A stretch of DNA of 64,000 nucleotides from the human T2T-CHM13v2.0 reference genome, Homo sapiens (GCF_009914755.1 NC_060926.1); one strand, 5' to 3'; positions 41,951 to 56,042 are shown, numbered from the stretch's first letter. Program-made: numbers and translations. Notes: generated by a model from the sequence alone, not told the origin.

Positions 41951-44064
41951 GAGCTTCTATGATTTAACAATGAAATCAGATATACTACTCAAACATTTCA
42001 CACAAAACCTTGGTAGGTATTCTTTTCAATTAGTCTTATAATAGGATAGTGCTGCTTTAGAAGTGTCTGTGAAAGAGATGGAAACTTGGACTTACTAAGT
42101 GGCTTATTATGGGGTTGGGGTGGAGTATCACCATATTCTGATGCCCTTACTCCCCTGACCCTGAATTCCTAAGAGGAACCAGCACAACTCAAGGAAGTTA
42201 ATTTTAAGTGGGTTTTAAAACTCTTCTGAAGGTAAAATTCAGAGTTCACATGAAAAATATGTATTATTTACATTCATACAGAACACACAAAATTTTGCTA
42301 AATTTAAATAACTTAAAAATATTTTATAGTGTCATAATACATGATTAACCCTTTTGAAGAGGATTAGTTTGGTTCCTACGATGACTTTGTGATATTATGC
42401 TCTGACAAAATGTAAGGTACATTATTATATTGTAAGTGAAGGTGCAAGAGTAATAACTCCTTTCTGGTTTTACCCTCCAGTATTCAATTTCCAAAATTTA
42501 ATGATCTGTTATTTACTACAGGTATTGGGGAAGAAGAGTTCAGGAGTAAAAGGTGACAGAAATGAAAGCAAAGTGACTTTCACTTTATTATGTTTTAAAA
42601 ATCATTAATAATATCAAATGAGTCAAGAGTAAGTCAAGAATCTGTGGCTCCACAAATAAGAACCAGAACAGGACAGCTTTATCAGTTACACTGCGATTTG
42701 GATATCTTGATGCATTGTCCCAAACACAGTTCATAGAGGCATTTAATGACAAACTTCCCTCCTGAAATGTGATGGTATTCACCTCTTTCTAAAAACTTTT
42801 ACTTTGAGAACAAGAAATTGATTACTTCTAGAGTAGTGGCATATTAAATATGTGCTGACATCCCAAGTAAATTGAGAATACAATAGATAAAATAGCCCCT
42901 AATAATTTTGTTTAATGGGCACCCTTTCATTTTCTAAAATAAGTATCACAAATAAGAAGTGTATTCTATAGTTAACAAATAATGAATATTTGACTTCAAG
43001 CTTAAAAATAATCATTCAAAATGCAGGCCTGTGTTTTCAAATTTGGGGTGTGCATATCCTAGTTTAATTTTTTGGAAACAGCTAATTGGCATTGTACATC
43101 ATAATATTATCTATATTGTATTCTGTAAAAACCAATAGGTGGTCAGTGAATCTTTGAGTTTATATTAATATTAAAATTGTTTGATGTTATAACTTTTACT
43201 TAAACAGTGAATTTATCTACTTGTAAGTAATTTTGTTTTCCTTATAATTGAGTTACTAATTATTGTCTAAAAATTTGTTCAAACCAACAACACACTGTAG
43301 AAAGCTATCAGATCACTCTATTTATTTTTGCTTAACTTTTTAAAAACATTTTTCACTATAAGTGAAATCAACTTAAAATTGACATTAAAATCCATTACAA
43401 GAAGGAAAAAAACAGAAACTAGCAAACTAAAGCTGAAGGATAGTTGAGTTGTAAGTAGTTTCAAGAGTCAGAAATAACACCTTAATTTCACATTATTTAT
43501 CATCTAGAAACTTATTTGGAGCACTGTCAGAATATAGATTTGGACTTTCTAAGTACTTCAATTATTATTAAATGCATAAAAATCGAGTATTAAAATCTAT
43601 GTAACCTTTTCTTTTAATTTTTTTAATTGGCTCACGCCTCTTTGCAATTCTTCAATTTGGTAGATACAATAACTCATCATTTCTTTCCACAATTTTCCTC
43701 AAGGCAGTCAATATCCCAATTAAAAGCAAATAAATAAATAAAAATCCCTCAGTTTAAAAGTATACTGTGCTTTGTAGATCCATCCTTTATTTTCTCTCCT
43801 GGTTAAGTAATTATATTTCAAGTTTTTTAAAGCTGCCATAACTTTTTAACCTTTCCCTTATTCTCCTTCACATAAAAAATGAAAACACATTATACACTCC
43901 CAGGGCATATAGATTTTTTTCCTTATTTTATTATTGTTGAAAAAGGCTAATGTATCAATTCAAAACCAAAATATTTCCAGAGCAACAATCCCTTTGCAGA
44001 TTCTGAGGAGTAGCAGAGTTTTCATTTGCTTTAATATACTTAGAAAATTATTAGGATGAATGCT

Positions 44065-44900
44065 GTCATAATTAGAGTAAAAATTCATTCTGTTGTAATG
44101 AACTACACCAAATTAAGTAGGAGGTGGGACTTGACTCCAGAGGCAGAGACTTAATGTTGGACCAGACTGAAGATTACCAGAAACAGGGAAGAGGCAAAAG
44201 CCCCTCTCCCTAAGACATAATCACCAGTACCATGTCAGTTACCATTGCCATGGCAATACCAAAAACCTACCACCCCTTTCCATGGCAATGATCAAAAAGT
44301 ACCACTGTTTTCTATAACATTCTAAATAATTCACCCCTTAATTTGCGTGTGATTAAAGGTGGTTGTAAATGTAACTGCAGAACTGCCTCTGAGCTGCTGT
44401 TCTGGGCACACTATGGGGTAGCCCTGCTCAGCAAAGAGCAGTGTGCACTCTTTGCCCCTGTACATTGCCCCTCCAATAAATGTTGCTAACACTACCATCT
44501 TACCCTTGGACTATTTCCTAGGTGAAGCCAAGAACCCTCCCAAGTTAAGCTCTAATTTTGGGGCTCACCTGCCCTGCAGCAAAATCTCTGTGTATTAATT
44601 CAGAAACAACTTAGTTCTTGTTCATACAAAGTCCAATGTAGACATTTCCTGTAGGCAAGATTTCTACCAGAAATGATTCAGAGATACTGGTTTCCTTCCA
44701 TTATAGCTCTAATATCTTTACTGGAGACCAATAAATTATCTGCAAAATGAAAAAGAGATAAAAAATGCAAATGAGAGGTTTTTATGGGACTATTAAGGAA
44801 GCATATTACATCACTTAAATTTTTCACGGACTAGAACTAGTCATTTGAATGTAGCTATCTGTGAATGACTAGAAAATGTAGTCTTAATCTTATGCCTTAT
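44065..44900 (-). mobile_element. Old MLT1 (J/K/L-like) LTR interrupted by MER66
   Basis: ggactagaactagtcattt...gactagaaaatgtagtctt motif. Confidence 0.5.
44114..44581 (+). mobile_element. MER66B-like ERV1 solo LTR, probable AAAT TSD
   Basis: aggaggtgggacttgactccagaggc...aagccaagaaccctccc...gggctcacctgccctgcagca; AATAAA at ~44475. Confidence 0.8.
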
Positions 44901-45049
44901 TAGGCCCATAAAAGAGCCTGATAAGTTGTATATATTCATATATAAATTCTTATATATATGTATATGAATGTGTAGAAGCAATTGGATATAATTTGAAGAT
45001 AATGTAAAACTTTTATTTAGAACAATGACTTTTGCTTTCCTGTCTCATT

Positions 45050-45347
45050 CTTTTTTTCATATATTTTGTTTTTAATTCATATATAATTGTAGATATTTCG
45101 CTATGTGTCTGCATTGTATAATGATCAAATCAGGATCAGTAGCAAATCTATCACCCTAAACATTTGTCATTTTTTGGTGATGAAAACATTAAAAATTCTC
45201 CCTTCCATCTATTTTGAAATATACAATAAATTACTGCCAACTGGTTACCCTACTGTGCAATTGAGCACCAGAACTATATCTCCTATTTAACTGTATTTTG
45301 TAACCATTGATCACCCTCACTCTGTCCCCCATCCCCTCTCATTCCTA
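45050..45347 (-). mobile_element. L1MA 3'UTR fragment
   Basis: ctattttgaaatatacaataaatt...ccctactgtgcaattgagcaccagaact. Confidence 0.8.
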
Positions 45348-45596
45348 GAAGCAAAATTGTTTGGTTTTTCTATTGAACTGTCAGTTGTTGGGGTGTTCCA
45401 ATTTTTGAACTACATGTAACTAAAATATATCAAGTAATGTTTTTGTGTCACTTTTTACAAATACATTCAAATACATATATGTGCATGTGTGTACATATTT
45501 ATATACATATATGTGTTTATATATGTATCATATATGTGTGTTTATGTATGTATACATACACATGCACATTCATTTTGAACTAAAGTACTGTGTGAT

Positions 45597-46101
45597 TGAT
45601 GCAGGCTAACCTCAAAATTGGGGCTCTGCCTGGGAGGGTTCTTGGCTTTGCTCAGGAAAGAATTCCAGAACAAGCCAACTGTGAAAGAAAGCAAGTTTAG
45701 TAGAGCAACAGTGTGCAGCAAAATGGCTGCTCCATAGACAGAACAGGGCTATCCCAAAGGAAGAGTGGCCCAGAGTAGCAATCGTGGAATGCCGGCTAAT
45801 GATATTTATACCCACTCTTAATTATATGCTAATTAAGGGATGAATTATTCACAAACTTACCAGAAAAGGGACAGAGATTTCCCAGGACCATATAAGGTAA
45901 CTTCCCTGCATTGCCATGGTGCATTGTCATGGCATGGTGCTGGTGGAGTGTCTTTAATAGTGAGCAATGAGTGCAACTAGAGGGTGTTTTTGTTGGTGTC
46001 TACTAGTTTCTGCTGGTTTGCTTACTGCATCCTGTTTTGACCGAATCCTATTTGAATTTCTCAGGGTCATACTGGAAAATAAGTCATGCTGTTTTACCTC
46101 A
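45597..46101 (-). mobile_element. MER66 (C-like) ERV1 solo LTR
   Basis: tgatgcagg...gggagggttcttggctt is the reverse complement of the MER66 3' end; ends ...tacctca. Confidence 0.75.
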
Positions 46102-49100
46102 TGGTGATAGGTATATTTATTTATTTAAAAGAAGAGCTCCACTTAGAAATAAGTAGCTCTCAACAAGGAAAATTAATTTAAACACATTAGGATTTTTCTC
46201 ACACATAATTTTCACTAACTTTCCCTTATGTAAACGTCATCTTTTTTATATACTGTCCGTGTCTTTCACTGTACTATGGCTATTTTCTAGTAGATTATGA
46301 GCATATTGAAGACAGTATCTTTGGTTTCCAAAAACAAAACAAAACACTTAACATTTCTTTCGTGTAAGTAATTGGTTTTAGTAAAACATTTCTGCAGACC
46401 AGTGCCTGATAATATTGATCCTGAATTTGTGGTATCTTTATATTAGGGTTTGGTGTAGGAAACAGAAAACAATTCAGATATTTCAATTTGTAAGGAATTT
46501 AATATGGAGAACTAGGTACTTAAAATCCTGGACAAACCAAAACTAACAAACATACTAGTATACAGTCTAAACATTTGAATTATAAGATGTATTATGAATA
46601 AAATGCATTTTATTACACATAGCAAGACCCCACTACTAAATTTACTATTAAAGATCTATATAAAACAGGGATGCAGAGGCTCTCATAGCCAAAAGTAAAC
46701 TCATGTATTTCATTGATATTCTTGTAGGCACTAACTTCAGAACTTCAAGTTTTGTCAAAGATATAAGCCGTCTCAAAAGCTTCAGGCTGTCTCCTTTTTT
46801 TCTCGATTGCGATGATCTGTTTTCTCACAATTCATTTGGGAATCACCTTCCTGTCACCATGAAAATCTATATTGTATTTTCACAATGTAAAACAGTGAGA
46901 GAAATAAGCCCAACTTCGGGCACCACAAATTTAGCTGCAAATTTCCAGTTGCATCTATCATTTCAATAATCAGGGCACTCAGTAGATGATTTCAATTTCT
47001 TTGTGAACTTCACCAAATCTAGCATCCCAAGATCAATTACCGTGTTGATTGGTTAAAAAAAATCAGCCGCTTGAGTGGTGGATAGGTAAAAAGAAATTAG
47101 CAACTAAGTAACACCTTCATCACAAAACAGGCTTAAAAAGTAAAATGAGCGACTCCTTGTGGAGTAGATTACACATATGATAAAGTACTTTTCCCTAATC
47201 TATGTTTTAATATAAGGAAAGCATGCCAAAGAAGACATCTAGCAGGATATCTTAATAGGTAAAAAACACTGAGCCATGGAACATTGCTCTTAAAAAGAGG
47301 AGTGTAAGAATATATCCTTCTAAATTATTTTTCCTGGATATATCATTAAAGGTTAGACTTAATTACAAACATGGTGTATATTATAGCCTTAAATGACTCA
47401 GAAATATGTTTCTAAAAAGGTCTGTATTCAACCTCATGTGTTTTCTCTTTAAGATAATCTTAAGGCAGTGCTTTGGAATGTTTGGTCTAATCTCTATGTG
47501 TATTAGACTCATTTTGGCCCCAAATCAGACCTCCCAATGTGTCTCTAAAGTTACCTGTATGCCTATTACATTGCCTACAAGAAATACCTAAATGCACTTA
47601 TAATTCATAAAATTATTTTTCATTATGAAATTACACATGAAGCTACTTTTAGTAAAAATTTCACACAAACCTTTGTTCTCAATGTTATGTCTAAACTGTG
47701 CAAAATCTCATTTCACAATCAGGTCTTCTCAAAATTGAATGTTATTTTATTTGCCTATACTTTAAATGTTACCTCTTGATAGTGATATTATTCCAATTGT
47801 TTGCAAACATTTAACCTGATCAATCCTAGATATACTCAGTTTTCAGTTTTTAGCCAAAGTCAGAATTTCCTTAACTCCCTCCTGCCTTTTGTGATGGATC
47901 TAAGTTCTGAGGACATCAATAGGCATGAATACCTGGTTCTTGGTCATTGTCTGACGAAACTGCACCAGCTGAGTCTTTTGTTCAACTCTCAATCTTGACC
48001 ATATCCTTAATTTTGTTTACTGAGATGTCAACAATTCTTCTTAATGTGAATCATATCCCAAGTGGAATCCACTCCCACTCACAGTGGAATCTATCCAGCC
48101 AACTAAGGAACTTCTTCAGGTGTATTGTTCATGCTATCTTGATTAAACGCCCCCAAATTTATGTTTTTAAATATGTTTTAAAACATTATGTAAATTAATG
48201 TTTTTCTGTATAGTTCAGTGATGGCAGAAGTTAGAAAGGACTGTGATAGGCCCTCCTGCCTCAAGACCACTATAAAAAAATATCTAGTTTACTATTCATA
48301 TGGTCTGATGCAAAAGAGAGTACTCTGAGCCTGCCAAAGGCTAAGGCTATGGAAGGAAAGTGACACTAGGTGCCTGCTCCAAATCACATCTCAAAACTTA
48401 GCTGAAGATTTCATTGACTGCCCCCATAACTCTGGATGCAGCAAAAAGGATGCAGACACCCTTCTCAGAGACCCACAGAAGAACCCAACGTTACTGCTCT
48501 ATGCTATGAATCTCCTTAACTTCCTTTAGTCTGAAGGATTTAACTTATGTGGAAATAAGCATTTTACTATTTTTTTTTCTATTTTTATGGGGCCAACTTA
48601 ATTATTCAGGACTTAAGATCTTGGAGACTAAAAACTATAAAACCCATATTTCTAATACTAAAACACCATCTTCATTAAAGCTCTTGGCCTTTTCCAGTGG
48701 CATAAAAACATGTTAAGAATTTTAAAATGTAAATTCCTTAAGAACAAGACAGAGCTAGATGTCTCATCTTTATCCTCTTTGTTCTTTCTTTTGCAATAAA
48801 CATCCTCTGAAACAACAAAAAATGACTATAATTAAATTTGTGAATGTGTTCATTATTTTGAAGGTAATTCCTAAACATAAATCTAGAGAGGTAAAATAAT
48901 TATACGAAAAAGTCTAATAATCCTCAAATTATTACTCTGACACATATACGAAAATTTGACAACAGACTATTGTATTCTGTAAACAAGAGTTTCTGTCATC
49001 AAAGGTGTATTTTTGTATAAGGAGGGTGTATATTGCAATTCTTTAGGAGTGCTTAATTTGATCAGGACATTATGTTAAGGGTCGTCTAAGATATTGACCT

Positions 49101-49349
49101 TATATATGTATCTCTAAAAGATAAAAAGATCATTCCATTCAATATAATTGTTTTCACATTCTTGATCCAATACAATGCACTTGTGATAAAATTACAATTT
49201 AATTTTAACATAATCACTATTTAAATAATTTTTCTTGACAAGTATTTGTCAACTAGTTTAGCTCCTTACTGAGACCATACCTAGAATTTGGTGATAGGAA
49301 CATATAAAAGCCATAACAAATGATGTCATCTGATTTACTGTGGAAATTT

Positions 49350-49500
49350 GAGAGTATGGCTTTAAATATTGAATTGTATACTCATTATGTAACCTTGAGA
49401 AAGCTTCACAGATGTCTGTGCCTAAGACTGTTCATCAAAAAATGGTGATATGATTCCCATTTCAGAGGATTAGTTTGAGGATTGCATAAGTTAATATCCA
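49350..49500 (+). mobile_element. MIR remnant
   Basis: tatgtaaccttgagaaagcttcac...tctgtgcctaag...ttcatcaaaaaatgg. Confidence 0.55.
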
Positions 49501-49786
49501 AAGGAAACCCTAATAAATGAAAAAGCAAAAATCTAATTCTCCTGAGAAGAGGGATATAGAATTCAGCACTGTTTTTTGATCATTAGAATCAAATTTTTTC
49601 TGCTAGTTTATTAATAGCTAAAAATATGATTTATGATGGTCTTGAAAAGTTTTGAGTATATTAACTGATTTATTCATTGAATAAATATATCAAAATTGGG
49701 CTTACACTTTGATAATAAATTCTACTATATTAAAATTTTCTATTTGTAAGTTTGGAGTGATTTGTACTTTGCAGAAATTCTAAAGG

Positions 49787-50122
49787 ATCTTTAAAAACCT
49801 GTTTAAAAAAAACAACAAATGGCAGTATTTAAGCCCTGAGAATAAAAAGTCTTACCTATTAGTCCAATCTGATAATTTTTGCCTTTTAATTGAGTTGTTT
49901 AGAGTATCATCTACTATGTATATATATATATCATCTACTATATATATCATCTACTATATATATAGTAGATGATACTCTATATGTGTATATATATATAGTA
50001 GATGATACTCTAAACAACTCAATTAAAAGGCAAAAATTATCAGATTGGACTAATAGGTAAGACTTTTTTTCTCAGAACTTAAATGCTGCCATTTGTTGTT
50101 TTTTTAATAGGTTTTTAAAGAT
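49787..50122. repeat. AT-rich inverted repeat: ~130-bp arms (49787-49917 and 49995-50122), 77-bp partly palindromic spacer
   Basis: 49844-49917 is the exact reverse complement of 49995-50068. Confidence 0.97.
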
Positions 50123-51440
50123 ATACATATATATATATATGTAGATGTGGTTGAGTTTAAAAGTGCCATCCAGCATCTTCCTTTTTTTTTTTTAAACGGA
50201 TCTCAGCTGTTGTTCACTTTTTTTTCTTTTTACTGGACTTCTTTTGATTAAGTACTTTATATTATTTTATCTCCACTCTTAACTCCTCAGCTATAAATCT
50301 GTTATCATATTATATTTGCCACATTATAGCACATAGCACGTGTGCATATCACTGTCTCTCCTCAGGTGATATTTACTACTTCACATAGCATATGAAACCT
50401 TACTTTCATTTTCATTCTTTGGTCTTTCTGGTATTGTGATCATACATTTTATTTTCACATGTTTAATAACCACAATACAAATATTATTACTTGTTTAATA
50501 GTCAATCCTGTTTTAATGCAATTTAAACAAGGAAACTATCACATACTTACCTATATAGGTACTGTTTCTGGTGCATTTTATTTTTCTTGTTGTTGTTAAG
50601 ATTCATATTTTCATCTGCTATTATTTTGTTTCTGGCTGAACAATATTCTTTAACATTTCTCGAAGTGATTCTGCTTATGATAAATTCTTTTAGATGTGTT
50701 TGCCTGAACACTATTTTACTTTCACTTTTGGAAGATATTTCTGATGAGAATTTCACTGTCATTTTATTTTTCTTCCTTTGTGACATTTTATAAAATTTGG
50801 GTTTGTTAATTCTTTTTTCTTTTCACTGCTTTTGCAATTTGTGGTATCATATTCTTCGTGTTTCTTGTGTTTGGAGTTTCTTGAGCTTCTTAAAACTGTG
50901 GACTTCTTTTCATAAAATTTCTAAAAATGTTGGCCATTATTTCTTTAATATTTTTGTTCTTTTTCTCTCTCCTCTTCATTAAGCAGAATTATGCGTATAT
51001 TCTACTACTTAAAATTTTCACTCAGCTTACTGATAAACGTTCCTTTCTTTTAGACTTCCTTTCTTTTATTTTTACCTCTGTGTTTCATTTGGATAGTTTC
51101 TATTCTTATGTCTTCAAGTTAACAATTTGTTTTTCTTCTGCAATGTTCATCATGAAGCTCATTTAGTGTATTTTATCTCAGATATTATAATTTTTATTTT
51201 TATGTCTTCTTTATATATCAAGTCTCTACTTCACATTTTGTACATACAAAATGCCAAATACTATTTCACTGTCCTTTTCTGCTCATTTTAAACATCAGCA
51301 TCATTTGTGTCAGTTGCAATTCATAGATTATTCTTCTCATTATAGGTTGTGTTCTCTTCTTTTTTGGATACCTGGAAATTTTTTATTGCATCCCAGACAC
51401 GTGAATTTTAACTTTCTGGGTTACAAAATTGTTTTGAAAT
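49850..51440 (-). mobile_element. Old L1M ORF1 to ORF2-start region, containing the inverted duplication
   Basis: agtccaatctgataatttttgccttttaattg is the antisense ORF2 start; ORF 50547-50786 resembles the ORF1p C-terminus. Confidence 0.65.
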
Positions 51441-52454
51441 AATTTCCTGGCTAAGCATTTTAGTTCACCTTACTGCTTCTTAGGACATGATCCTATTACC
51501 TCATCTTGTTGCAATTCCAAATGTTATTACATTAAACAGGGCAGACATATTTTATGGTTATTTACAAAGTAATCTTTTTTTTTTTTTGTAAAACTGTAAG
51601 TTTCCATTTGTATACTTTCTGATCTGCTCTAACAGTGATGATTCTTGGTTTTGCACTGATTTCAGTAGCAAAATTCTCAAACATCTGGTGATTTTGCCAA
51701 AGGTTCTGAATATACTGAGGCTATCGTGATTCAGTAACTTGTTTGTGGAATTTGAGAATTAATGTACTTCCTGGGTATTCCAGGTATCTGCCTTCCCCAC
51801 ACTACTTCACTGACCATCATACTCGCATATACTTTATGACGGCCAGGATTAATCACCATTTTGGCTGCTATAAGGAGAAGTTAGAATGACAAGGTAGATA
51901 TTTACAAAGAGCCCAAATATTCAAAAAGCCACCCACCAAATTTTGAATCTTTATTCTGATCTCTGGACAGTCTAGATTATATCTATCAACAGAAAAATAC
52001 TATTATGCTAGTGCATTAGAAGACAGTTCTTTACTCCATTGATTTTCCATCAAAGAGAGATATCATTTATGCTATAGAAATTTCTCAAAATATTTGGTCT
52101 GCTGATGAAATGTAATGTAATTGAAAGTTTATTTCATTTGACTGCAGATGATCTGGTCTAAATCTATGCTATTTTAAATTACTTTCTATAAGCATGAATC
52201 ATCATTTACTCTATCTTAGTTAAGGATTATTAGTAAATGCCTAATTTGGAAGATATTATTTTAATAATGACAACATTTATTAGCTAAAGGAACCCATATA
52301 AAATTCAGTAGGCAATATAAAAATTATTGTGTTAAATCAAATAAAAACAAGGCATATTATATAGTGAAACAATGTATTTATAGTAGTTTTAATTGATTTT
52401 AAGTATTTTCTAATTTATTGTGGAAAATGCAATAATAATTAGAAAGATTTCTAA

Positions 52455-52750
52455 TTTTTTTTTTTTTTGACACAGAGTCTGGCTCTGTCATCCATGTTAT
52501 AGTGCAGTGGTATGATCTCTGCTCACTGCAACCTCTGTCTCCTGGGTTCAAGCAATTCTCTTGACTCAGCCTCCCAAGTAGCTGGGACTACAGGCAAGTG
52601 CCACTATGCCCAGCTAATTTTTGTATATTTTGTAGAGATGGCATTTCACATTGTTGCCCAGGCTGGTCTTGAACTCCTGAGCTCGGGTGATCCACCTGTC
52701 TCAGCCTCCCAAAGTGCTGGGATTACAGCCATGAACCACCACACCCAGCC
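52455..52750 (-). mobile_element. Alu (J/older S), TSD tctaatt
   Basis: Full diverged dimer. Confidence 0.93.
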
Positions 52751-54944
52751 TCTAATTCTTACTGACATTAATTTTAATTATGAAAAAAATACTGCTTCAT
52801 CATCTTTCCAAATAAACGTACCAAAATTTTCTCATTTCTACAGCTTTTATTACACTTATATATAAAGCTATCTGATGTGAAAAAATAATGCAAACCATAT
52901 GCATAGAAGATAATAGCAGTAATAATTGTCTAAATGTGTGGAAGGATTTCACAACATTGCTTCTACGACCAACTTCTCTAGTAGCAATTCAGAGGAAGAG
53001 AATGATCACTGATGTTGTTCAAGGATTTGGATCACTAACTATAAGTTAATTTATGGTGCATCAGTAAAAATTGCTGGTCCGAAAAATACATAAAACTTGT
53101 AAATGTCAATAAAAGTGACAAGATATTATGTGATTTTATTCCTTAATATGACCTTCTGTATTTTCAGCAGTGTATTTAATCAAAGAAAATATCAAAACAA
53201 ATTGTCAACTCCCATGAGAGAAAGCAGAGAGTGTGTAACATGGAGAAAGAAGCATATTTTAATAATATAAATTGACCTTCATGTCTATGAAAATGCAGGC
53301 AGAATTTATTGAAGGCACAAGAAATACCTGTGACAAAATAAGCTTAATGAAAGCAGCTACTATAAAAAGTTTTTACGGAGAACATATTTAAATGAAAAAT
53401 AGAAAAAATAAATAAGCTGCAGACTCAAGTACATTATTTCATTAAATAGTTGTAACATTCTCAACATTTATATAAAATTATATGTAGACACAACTTATAA
53501 ATGTATCATGTCCTACAGAGCCTAAGTACGTCTAATTTATAAAGTGAGGAACACTCGCTTCCCAGTACACATTCACAACATTTATTATGGATATCCTCAA
53601 AAATGGTAATTTAATTCTGGACTGATTTTTCAGAAAACTATGTAATATTTAAATTGAGCACTTATCTATAGCAAGTAGGATAAATATATAAAATGCACGT
53701 TAAATTATTCGTTCATTTAAAGATCTTTGTTGAGAGCATATTTCACCATTTAAAGTGAAAACAGAAAAAAAATTAGACTTAATCCTTGATTTCATTAATA
53801 TTTAATTCAGGGCTACTAATTCAGGGCTACTAATTGCTTTGTGGGCAAAAAAAGTTGGTAATTAGATATCTCAAGTAACATATGTCTAAAAACGTAATAG
53901 AAATTTTGACTTGTGATTATACTATCAAAATGAATTACAATCTATTTTACGTTGTTAGACAACTATGGCTTTAAAATTACGCTTTTAATAATTTAAATAA
54001 TATATAACATAATGTGTAAGCTAAAATTAATAGTTAAATATACAGTGCATTTAGCAATATATAACATATGACAATATATAATAGTATATATTGATTTCAT
54101 AATGCAGATATATTATTATTATAAATTTCATCATCATATTTTAATAAGTTTCAGAAAGAAATAGCATGGATCTTATTGTTTCATGGAAATGTGTATGTGT
54201 ATTTAATTTATGTGTCTTATGACCAAATGTAAAAGCAGGAATGATATCAGGAGTAAGATAACATATTAATGAAATGAGAGCATGTCAACATTATTTTTCA
54301 TCAATTATTTATATTTTATTTTACTTTTACCTATACCTTACTGACAAGTTAAATCACTTATCTAACTTCACTAAAATAATATGTGCTCTACTTGATGGAA
54401 AATTCCAGAAATTTTCCCAAATATTTTTGTAAAAATCCTAATTTAATGAAAGAAAATTATAATAATGGGTACCCCTCATGGCATATGCCAAACAGGATGC
54501 AAGTCTCTAATTAGCAAATTTATCTATTACTATTACATCACTGGACATTATTCTACATGGCATTTCAAATTATCCTTTTTGCTTATAAAATTTATCTATA
54601 CACTGGAAAAAGCAGCATACCTTTGATCTTGCTTACTCAAGAGTTAATTTCCCTTCGATTATCTAATTTAATTTACACTTAAATTTAATAAATATTTTTA
54701 TATTTAAATAGCACATATTATAAATACATCATTTTATAAATATATATTTATATTTAAATTTAATAGATATTCGTAGTGTTCTATAATTTATCGGGTATTG
54801 AACTGAGCACCAAGATAACAGAATTGAAGAAAACATCTATACTTCAAAAGGTTATGATTTGACATAAAATAGTACCTAAATTTCAGACTGTTCTCAAAGT
54901 ACAGGTAAACTACAACTTGGTCTACTCCTAATTGTATATGAAAT

Positions 54945-55868
54945 CATTTTATTGAAGGAAAACTAACACATACAAAAAATCACTTATTATAAAGGTAAAG
55001 TTCAGTAGATATTAGTAAATATATAATTTTGCTACCATAACTACATTCAAGTGATACAATTAAATCAACATCAAAAATGTCCTTTGTACTAATTTGCATT
55101 CAATCCTCATTCCCATCCCTTGACCTAGGCAACCACCAATCTCTATGAATTCACTTCTTAGGAATCATAAAATATGTAGTCTGTTGAGTCTGGCTTCTTT
55201 CACCTAGGATAATGTCTCTGAAATTTATTCATTTTGCAGACTTGTGTTTGCATATTTGTTTCTTTTTATTGTTGAATAGCATACCGTTGCATGGACATAC
55301 CATTTGGTGTTTATCCATTAAAGTAGTCAATGGGCACTTAGATTGTCCCCAGGTTTTGGATTTTATGAATATTGCTGCTATGAACTTTCACATAGAGGTC
55401 TTTGTGTGAACATAGGTTTTTACTTTTCTTTGATAAACAGCTAAAAGCTAAGGGAAGATTGATGAATCATGTGGTAAGTGCATGTTTAACCTTGTAAGGA
55501 ATTGACAAACTGTTTTCCAAATTGTTTTTACCATTTTACATTCCCACTAGCAATATATGAAAGTTCAGGCTTTTTTAAATTATTGACAACACTCATTATT
55601 TAAATCGGTGTTTTGTATTACTACCATTCTAGTGGGTATTAGTGGTATTTCATGGTGCTTTAATTTACATTTCCCTAGTGACTAAAGATGCAGAACTTTC
55701 GTGAGGTGCTTAATAGATATTTGCGTATCTTCACTGAGGAAAATTGAAATTGAAATACTTTGCCCATTTTTTATTTGGCTTGTTTGTGCTTTTATTGTTG
55801 AGTTGTAATCGTTCTTTATATACTGTGTATATATGTACTTTATCAGATATATTATTTGCAAATATGTT
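54945..55868 (-). mobile_element. L1MB/ME 3' fragment
   Basis: tctggcttctttcacctaggataatg...acaaactgttttccaaa...cattttacattcccactagcaat. Confidence 0.85.
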
Positions 55869-55874
55869 CAGATA

Positions 55875-56042
55875 ATCTAGACTGGGCTTGGTTCTATATT
55901 CAGAGTCTTACAAGGCCAAAATCAAAGTGTCAGCCAGGCTAAGCTTTTATCTGGGGACTCTGGGTAAAAGGTTGCTTTCAGCTTATTCATATTGGTGGTG
56001 GAATCTAAATCTCTGCAGCTGTAGTCTGAGGTTCCTGTTTCC
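55875..56042 (-). mobile_element. MLT1 (E/F-like) fragment
   Basis: cagagtcttacaaggccaaaatcaaagtgtcagccaggct. Confidence 0.65.

Noticed and set aside
49787-50122. Possible CRISPR array or TIR transposon
   Set aside because: No direct repeat-spacer array, no TSD, and the arms derive partly from local L1 sequence.
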